Part shown: piece by piece, positions 55,613 to 64,000 of the stretch | Position numbering within the stretch: the stretch's first letter is position 1 | How the letters are laid out: each line of letters opens with the position of its first letter | Source: Eledone cirrhosa | Lineage: Eukaryota | Direction: 5' to 3' | Assembly (NCBI GenBank): GCA_964016885.1 | Contig: OZ024749.1 | Coordinates: forward strand, 29,326,001-29,390,000 | Length of the DNA stretch: 64,000 bases | Made by a program: the position numbers and the translations under genes | The notes under the pieces: generated by a model | What the model saw: the letters and a program-made list of their open reading frames with translations, nothing else | Told to the model about the DNA's origin: nothing | The model's database searches: none

Positions 55613-56452
55613 TATAGTAGAATAATCGAGTATCGAAAAATCGGCGCACGAGTTCACGATAAACAAAATTCGATATGAGCGGCAGAGGGCTCAATAATTT
55701 AGATAAATCAGAGCTATAACTATCATTAAAATACCGTCACACATAGAACAAGTCTATAATCAACCATACAACCGAAAAATTGCGATCTGGAAGATTCGGG
55801 ACACTCAGATAAAAAATCAATAAATCAATAAATCAAATGAATGTAAAAAGCATACCCGGACCCGCTAGAAAGATGGTAAATCTAGCTTCTTGGGTTTCTG
55901 TAAATCCTTAAACTGTCCTCTATCAGCTCACATAAAAATATATAAGACTTCTAGATTCCAGCGGACGGGAAATTTACTTCCTCAACGAGCTTTGTCCAAA
56001 CGAATGAAAAGGCATAACCCAGGCTAAATACGCACATGGAATTCAGCAAGGGAGATAACCTCTATATCCGCGAAAGATATTCGGGAAAATGTGGAAATAC
56101 ACATATCGAATAAGAGTGCTCAATAGACATGTTAAAATAAACAGGAGCTATTCATCATTTAATAGAATCGACAAAAAATGAACAATAAAATTAACTGGTC
56201 AATAGCTAGGTCTAGAGCTAAATATAGTAGAATAATCGAGTATCGAAAAATCGGCGCACGAGTTCACGATAAACAAAATTCGATATGAGCGGCAGAGGGC
56301 TCAATAATTTAGATAAATCAGAGCTATAACTATCGTTAAAATACCGTCACACATAGAACAAGTCTATAATCAACCATACAACCGAAAAATTGCGATCTGG
56401 AAGATTCGGGACACTCAGATAAAAAATTAATAAATCAATAAATCAAATGAAT
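55613..56452. mobile_element. Unclassified (TA)n-flanked element with direct terminal repeats of about 230 bp
   Basis: About 55615-55842 is nearly identical to about 56224-56452. Confidence 0.6.
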
Positions 56453-56570
56453 ATATATATATATATATATATATAGTTTATCTTTTACCAATATAACCAC
56501 TAGCATTAACATCACAGATACCATTGCCATAACAACCATAACCAGCACCATCACCATCACAGTATATATA

Positions 56571-56668
56571 CAGGGTGTCCCCTAAAAATGCATACACACT
56601 TCAAAAGCATTCTTATAGATATTGCCTGTAGAAGTATTCAGAATATGTATAAATTTTGTGGAACACCC

Positions 56669-56670
<2 letters not shown>
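56571..56670. mobile_element. Tc1/mariner-type MITE
   Basis: TA-CAGGGTGTCCC...GGAACACCCTG-TA with extended imperfect TIRs. Confidence 0.7.
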
Positions 56671-56733
<63 letters not shown>

Positions 56734-56955
56734 CGAAGGAGTTGTGGTAAGGAACCAGATGAACCATAACGCACCAGAGTACTCAATACTTAGGATAGTA
56801 GAGTCTAGAAATAGCCGTCGAAACGGCTTGAGCTCTGCCGTCGGGGTCATACATTTTCCTATATATATATATATATATACCCCACTCTCAAGCGTGAACC
56901 TAATACTAACACTTTTGTTTTCTGTTTTAACTATATAATATATATAAATATATAA

Positions 56956-57046
<91 letters not shown>

Positions 57047-57174
57047 CGTGTGTGTGCGTGTGTGTGTGTACAATATAATCATAAGTATTATCATTGATGG
57101 TACGTACCATCATCACTATTATCATCACAGACAACATCATCATCTTCATAGACATTGTCAGAGAACACCATCCC

Positions 57175-57420
57175 CATCATCACCACTCTACCGTCACCAT
57201 CACCACTCTGCCGCCACCATCACCACTCTGCCGCCACCATCACCACTCTGCCGCCACCATCACCACTCTGCCGCCATCATCACCACTCTGCCGCCACCAT
57301 CACCACTCTGCCGCCACCATCACCACTCTGCCGCCACCATCACCACTCTGCCGCCATCATCACCATCTGCCGCCGCCATCACCACTCTGCCGCCACCATC
57401 ACCACCCTGCCGCCATCACT
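57175..57420. repeat. 21-bp minisatellite
   Basis: Repeated CCACCATCACCACTCTGCCG. Confidence 0.9.
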
Positions 57421-57537
57421 GGCACCAAAACCATCAATACCACCATCATCATAGTCATCACCACCAGCACTACCTTTTTATTACCTGTAGATTTTTTTCA
57501 GGCTTTTCATCACCTATTCTATTTATATACCCCCCCC

Positions 57538-57610
<73 letters not shown>

Positions 57611-57877
57611 GTATATATATATATACACATATATATATATATATATATACACATATATATATATATATATATATACACTATATAAAATCAACGAAGATAG
57701 GTGGTATTATTAAATTATTAAATGCTTTGACGCATAGAGTTACGGCCCTTGCCAATCTGGGTTCAAATCCCACCAAGATTAACTTTGCCTTTCACACTTA
57801 CGGGGTCGATAAAATAAAGTACCAGTAATGCAATGGGTAATTGCTGGCCTTGTGCCAAACGTAGAAACATTTATTAA

Positions 57878-57913
<36 letters not shown>

Positions 57914-58012
57914 AGGGGAGTTTTATTGTAGCACAATAAAGCAATGCAAATATCGGATGATTTATAACTTCACTATTCACAAGTGTTTTTTAAGCTTCAT
58001 ATCATGTATCCC

Positions 58013-58083
58013 TATTTTATCTGATGAAAACGCAGATATCATCCCACGATGATATTTGTTTTTGAAATTCGCATAATAAAAAT
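58013..58083 (+). ncRNA. Hammerhead ribozyme, relative of the 23549 family
   Basis: TTTTAT-CTGATGA-AAACGCAGATATCATC CCAC GATGATATTTGTTTTT-GAAA-TTCGCA-TA-ATAAAA. Confidence 0.7.
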
Positions 58084-58118
58084 ACTTGGAACTCTTTTAA
58101 CCACCTTTTGATCTTATG

Positions 58119-58165
<47 letters not shown>

Positions 58166-58185
58166 TATACATATATATATATAGG

Positions 58186-58282
<97 letters not shown>

Positions 58283-58305
58283 TATACATATATATATATA
58301 GGTAT

Positions 58306-58337
<32 letters not shown>

Positions 58338-58441
58338 CATATATATACAGAGAGAGCGAGAGAGGGGGTCAGACGGCTAGATAAATAGATGGAGCGATAG
58401 ACAGACACGTAGATTCATAGATAGGTAGATACACACACATG

Positions 58442-58521
<80 letters not shown>

Positions 58522-58734
58522 TAGAGGGGAGAGAGAGAGATAAGCTGCACCCGCATAAATACAAATGTTTTTTATGTAATCTGAAAATAGACGTCATAAC
58601 ATACAGACACATTTTTATATATTTATATCTATAATGTGAAGGGGGGAGGGGTAGAGGGTGGAGGTGAGTGTATGAGAGGGAGAGAGGGAGGTGATGGTAG
58701 AAATTAAAAAGAAACGAAGACATTACCCTCTATG

Positions 58735-58838
<104 letters not shown>

Positions 58839-58852
58839 TGTATGTATGTACA

Positions 58853-59028
58853 TTTATTTTGCAAGGTTTTTGATAGGAAGTCGTGTGCCGAAACAAATAT
58901 TGTTATACTTGGGGAGGGTCATATTGTTATAATATTGCCAGAAATAATAACAGAACACAAACCAAACAGTGAGTGTGCTCTGTTATTATTTCTGGCAATA
59001 TTATAACAATACGACCCTCCCCAAGTAT

Positions 59029-59036
<8 letters not shown>
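58853..59036. mobile_element. Hairpin element between (TG)n and (TA)n
   Basis: 58897-58959 is inverted relative to 58974-59036. Confidence 0.6.
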
Positions 59037-59067
<31 letters not shown>

Positions 59068-59605
59068 TATTAACTCTCTAAAAAGGGAAATCATATCAAA
59101 TCCCAGTCCACCATTTGCTTCCATCATGGATCAACTAAGCACTTGCTATATTAACACATTTTGATTGATCTGCTTATCTTCAAGAACTATGCCTGTAAAC
59201 CTGTAAATAACATTGTATTTTCTTCCACATTGCCTTATTATGCTCCACATTACGCCCCTTTTTTTCTTTTTTCTTTTCACTTCATAAACCTTGTTTGTAT
59301 ATAACATTATTCTTTCTGCACCATTTCTTTAACATGTCCAACACCACCATTCTACACCAATACATATTATTATCATTTGATAATGCATAAACATGCTGAA
59401 ACCGGTAATAGACAATTATTAAATATATATATAAATAAATAAATGCCATTGTTAATTAATAAATAAATCAACTAATATCTTAACTCTTCACACAAAGTAA
59501 AATATTTCGTTTTAATCATTTTCTAACCCAGAAATAAGAGAGAAAGAAATTAAAAAGGAAAAAAATATATTTTTCTTCCCAATAATCGTCTTTTTCTCCC
59601 TGTTT

Positions 59606-59693
<88 letters not shown>

Positions 59694-60041
59694 GTTTATT
59701 TCGGGTTCAATCGGGGGTAATCACAGTAAGTAAGGTACTCAATACATAGCAGAATATAAATATTTAATATAGAAATGGCTTCTACAGGACTAGAACTGTT
59801 TCATTCGGGAGAAATCATCAGGGGACTTCCTGATGATTTACATATATATATGTGTGTATATATATCTATATGTGTATATATATATGTATGTGTATATATA
59901 TGTGTATATATATATATATAATCAGTAGCATTAACATAGCTTGTATATACTTTCATGTGTATGTGCATATATATATATATACAACATAACTTATATATGC
60001 TTTCTTATATATGCATGTGCGTATATATATATATATATATA

Positions 60042-60133
<92 letters not shown>

Positions 60134-60290
60134 AATATGTATGTTTACCTATAAATAGAACTGTCTATGTGTGTACTATTTATAGTGACGTTATGATGAA
60201 GATGTTTTTGCATGCTGATGTCTTGGCTGCTTGCTGTGATGTCTTACACACACACACACACGTATGTATGCATATATATATATATATATA

Positions 60291-60395
<105 letters not shown>

Positions 60396-60415
60396 TGTAT
60401 ATATATATATATATA

Positions 60416-60478
<63 letters not shown>

Positions 60479-60538
60479 GTTTTAATATAGGTGAGATTCT
60501 ACAGGACTAGAACTGTTTCATTCTTTAGAAATCATCAG

Positions 60539-60587
60539 GATTCCTGATGATTTCTAAAGAATGAAACAGTTCTAGTCCTGTAGAATC
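60539..60587 (+). ncRNA. Type I hammerhead ribozyme at a hairpin centre
   Basis: GATTC-CTGATGA-T TTC TAAA GAA T-GAAA-CAG TTCTAGTC CTG-TA-GAATC; cleavage triplet GUA. Confidence 0.8.
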
Positions 60588-60670
60588 TCATCTATATTAA
60601 AACTTTTATACTCTGCAATGTATTGAGTACCTTACTTACTGTGGTTACCTCCGATTCAACCCGGAATAAC

Positions 60671-60718
<48 letters not shown>

Positions 60719-60800
60719 ACCTCTGGTACTTACATAGATCATTCTTCACTCCTATGACTTTTTCAATTTTCAATGGAAACTTCAATACTAATATATATAC

Positions 60801-60880
<80 letters not shown>

Positions 60881-60884
<4 letters not shown>

Positions 60885-61117
60885 ATAATAATAAATGTGA
60901 AGACTAAAATCCAAAGAGGGCTCGATAAGGATAAATATATATCAAATATATAAGAACCGTAGAGCAAATATTTATTAAAATAACAGATTAAAGTTTAAGC
61001 AAAGAATCGCTGCTTTCACTCTTAACGGGATCTTCTGAAACTGAGTTTCAGAAGATCCCGTTAAGGGTGAAAGCAGCGATTCTTTGCTTAAACTTTAATC
61101 TGTTATTTTAATAAATA
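60881..61117. mobile_element. Asymmetric hairpin element of the CAGAAGA family (relatives at 54614-54742, 54975-55128, 29752-29830)
   Basis: About 60966-61041 is inverted relative to 61044-61117, with a left tail 60881-60965. Confidence 0.75.
61044..61094 (+). ncRNA. Hammerhead-like fold with CAGAAGA (U4A) core; further copies at 54669-54719 (+), about 54989-55038 (-) and about 60991-61041 (-)
   Basis: AGTTT-CAGAAGA-TCCC GTTAA GGGT-GAAA-GCA GCGATTCTT TGC-TT-AAACT. Confidence 0.6.
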
Positions 61118-61265
61118 TATATATATAGAGATTTTGAGTTTATGTTGGTTGTATACCCAGTTCCTCAGTGAATTAACAACCCAACAAGGAACTGGGCATA
61201 TCAGAGTATTGACAATATTATACACCTAAACAACATATGTACTTGTCTATACCATACTAATTCAA

Positions 61266-61320
61266 ACTGCCTGAAGAGGTCACAGCCAAAGATGGCTGTC
61301 ACTGAAATATATATAGCAGT
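61266..61320 (+). ncRNA. Type I hammerhead ribozyme, identical to 42413-42467
   Basis: Same sequence and fold as the 42413 copy. Confidence 0.85.
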
Positions 61321-61364
61321 AATAAACGAAGCTAAATTTTAATCATTTGACTTTTATTTAACTT

Positions 61365-61442
<78 letters not shown>

Positions 61443-61614
61443 GTTATCATATACATAAAGTTAAAGATATATATATGTTGCAACTGTTCACTTTTAAGCT
61501 CTATGAAGAATTAATAAATTAATATAAAAAAATCAGAGCATTATATCATATATAGTATATATATAGTATATATTTTAATATTTTAATATCTGATGATTCA
61601 TAAGACATGATTTA

Positions 61615-61692
<78 letters not shown>

Positions 61693-61789
61693 GACTAACT
61701 GAATAAGCACTTGTGTTTCTCTCATTTTTCCCACTCCTTCCTCTTTTCACTCTGTGTCTTTGTATATCATGTTTTATTTCTCATTCTAC

Positions 61790-61823
61790 CTTCTGATGAG
61801 GGACTAGTGTCCGAAACGTTAAG
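61790..61823 (+). ncRNA. Minimal hammerhead ribozyme
   Basis: CTT-CTGATGA-G GGAC TAGT GTCC-GAAA-CG-TT-AAG; palindrome AACGTT forms stem III. Confidence 0.72.
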
Positions 61824-62439
61824 ACACTTTTCCTATTATTTGAAACATTAAACTAATATATTTCTTCATTGTACTGACGTTTGCTTTGTTACTTCTGTTT
61901 ATGATCTAACACTTCGCCCTTTTTATTATTATTATTAGTGTATATATAATTATACATACACAAGAGAAGAGACGTGATATAAAACTAAGGCAATCTCAGA
62001 TGATAAAACACAGTAAACCAAAAGACAGACGTAAAGCGATAAAAGTAGATTGGTAAACGAACGCCTATTAAAAACCTCTGACATCAACTATTTTCTGCTC
62101 ATGAGAGAAAGTGCTAACTCATTAAATTACAAGGCACTCTTAGAGTTTAGCTATCCAACAGATACCGTGCCGATCTTTACTTTTAGCGTTCCTCTTATCT
62201 CTTGCTAATCTAATAAGTAGATAGTATAAATCACTAAACTCAAGGATTGTCTGTTATGATATGAGGAGCTGATTTTTGAGGAGGTGTCTTCTAAATTAAC
62301 AATTCTACATTTAATATGTCACATGTGTTGGATATTTCTCATTTTGTTTTGCAGCTAGTATCTGCAAATTAACTGCAATAATACGCTATGTTTGTACACA
62401 CACACACACACGCACACACACACACACGCACACACACAC

Positions 62440-62510
<71 letters not shown>

Positions 62511-62689
62511 AGCAGTGCCGAATTTACCATTGTGCTTAGGTGTGTTTTGCCACGGGGGCCCATCATCCTGCTAAAATAAATGTTTACCTCCCTCTTTTTC
62601 ACCGCCTCTCTTTCACTCTCTCTCACTCTTTCACACACGTTCTCTCTCAAGGTTTATCTTAAAAGAATGTTAGAACTCCACAAATCTTT

Positions 62690-63165
62690 AAGCCGACTAC
62701 CACACCATGACCCAGTCTTTGATAATCTCTGAGTCAGAGAATCTATTGCTATAAAAAAAAGACCAGACGGCATTACCATCTTCCCGTTCCGTGATGGTGA
62801 ACCCCTCATCTGAGATGCCACATGCATCGACACATTCCAGCTCGCGAAGCTCACACCTGCGGGTAGCCAACTCCGTGCCGATGTTGATGAGTAGGGAGGT
62901 GATTCTAGGGCCAAGGACACCAGAAGTCTCCACTGATTCGAGCTCGACTTTGAACCTGTCGGAGAGCGACCGATGTTTGAAGGTTTTGCCTTCCTTGACC
63001 CGAAGTGCAGCAGAGTCTGGTTTAGTTGTAGGTAGACTGCATCAGGTTGCCGGTGGAGATAGTTTCGCTGCATGTGGCATCGCAGATGAGGGGTTTACCA
63101 CCACGGAACCGGAAGATGATCATGCCGTCTGCCTTTTATATTGCAAAAGATTCTCTGACTTATAG
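62690..63165 (-). mobile_element. Decayed non-LTR element fragment, restriction-like-endonuclease (CRE-like) C-terminus
   Basis: SAALRVKEGKTFKHRSLSDRFKVELESVETSGVLGPRITSLLINIG resembles the 'A...E..K..KY......F.P...ET.G..G' motif. About 62730-62827 is duplicated at 63070-63165. Confidence 0.55.
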
Positions 63166-63169
63166 AATA

Positions 63170-63218
63170 TCAATCCCTGCTCTCTTTCTCTTTCTCTCTC
63201 ATTCATTCCTTCTTTCTT

Positions 63219-63263
<45 letters not shown>

Positions 63264-63653
63264 GCAATCCTTGTTCTCTCTCTCTCTCTCCCTTCTCTCA
63301 ATCCCTTTTCTCTCTCCCAATCCCGGCTTTCTCTCCCTTCTCTCAATCCATGTTCTCTCTCTCTCTATCTATCTCTCTCTCTCTCACACTCTTCTCTCTC
63401 TCTCTTTTCTCTCTCTTTCTTTCTCCGTCCCCCTCTCTCAATCCATGGTCTATCTCTCCCCTGCTCTCTCTCCCCTCCCTCAATCCCTGCCATCTCTCTC
63501 TCAACCCCTGATCCCACTCTCTCTCTCCCTCTCAATTTCTACTCTCACTCTCACAATCCCTTTTCTCTCTCCCAATCCCAGCTTTCTCTCCATTCTCTCA
63601 ATCCCTGTTCTCTCTTTCTCTCTCTCTCTCTCCTCGCAATCCTTGTTCTCTCT

Positions 63654-63716
<63 letters not shown>

Positions 63717-63849
63717 GCAATCCTTGTTCTCTCTCTCTCTCTCTCCTTCTCTCATCCCTTTTCTCTCTCTCCCATCCCGGCTTTCTCTCCCTTCTCTCAA
63801 TCTCTGTTCTCTCTCTCTCTATCTATCTCTCTCTCTCCTCGCAATCCTT

Positions 63850-63895
<46 letters not shown>

Positions 63896-63990
63896 TTCTC
63901 TCAATCCCTGTTCTCTTTTTCTCTTTCTCCCCCCCCCCAACCATCTCTCAATCCCTACACTCACTCTACCCCCCCCCTCTCTCTGACCTA
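63170..63990. repeat. (CT)n-based compound satellite with CAATCC spacers
   Basis: Directly visible in the sequence. Confidence 0.9.
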
Positions 63991-64000
63991 TATATCTGTA

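Overview
This is AT-rich, microsatellite-dense animal genomic DNA; the repeat repertoire suggests an octopus, which is an inference. One spliced protein-coding gene can be rebuilt by hand on the minus strand: four exons (46268-46232, 35404-35234, 13761-13618, 13140-12773), all joined by phase-1 GT-AG introns, giving 239 aa that resemble DUF7153-type proteins. Most other ORF-track entries are artefacts of microsatellites. The rest of the window is mobile DNA: RTE, CR1 and CRE-like LINE fragments, two tRNA-derived SINE families, Tc1/mariner and hAT MITEs, and two 5'-truncated Penelope-like elements with a CxCx5C motif plus a GIY-YIG domain (Naiad-type). The most striking signal is a set of about 10 distinct families of short elements inserted in (TA)n tracts. 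Many form asymmetric perfect hairpins, and most carry type I hammerhead ribozyme folds with covarying stems and palindromic stem III. Several have non-canonical cores (U3:A8 swap, U4A, U4C) or very long stem II inserts. All structures were folded by eye and none has been tested.
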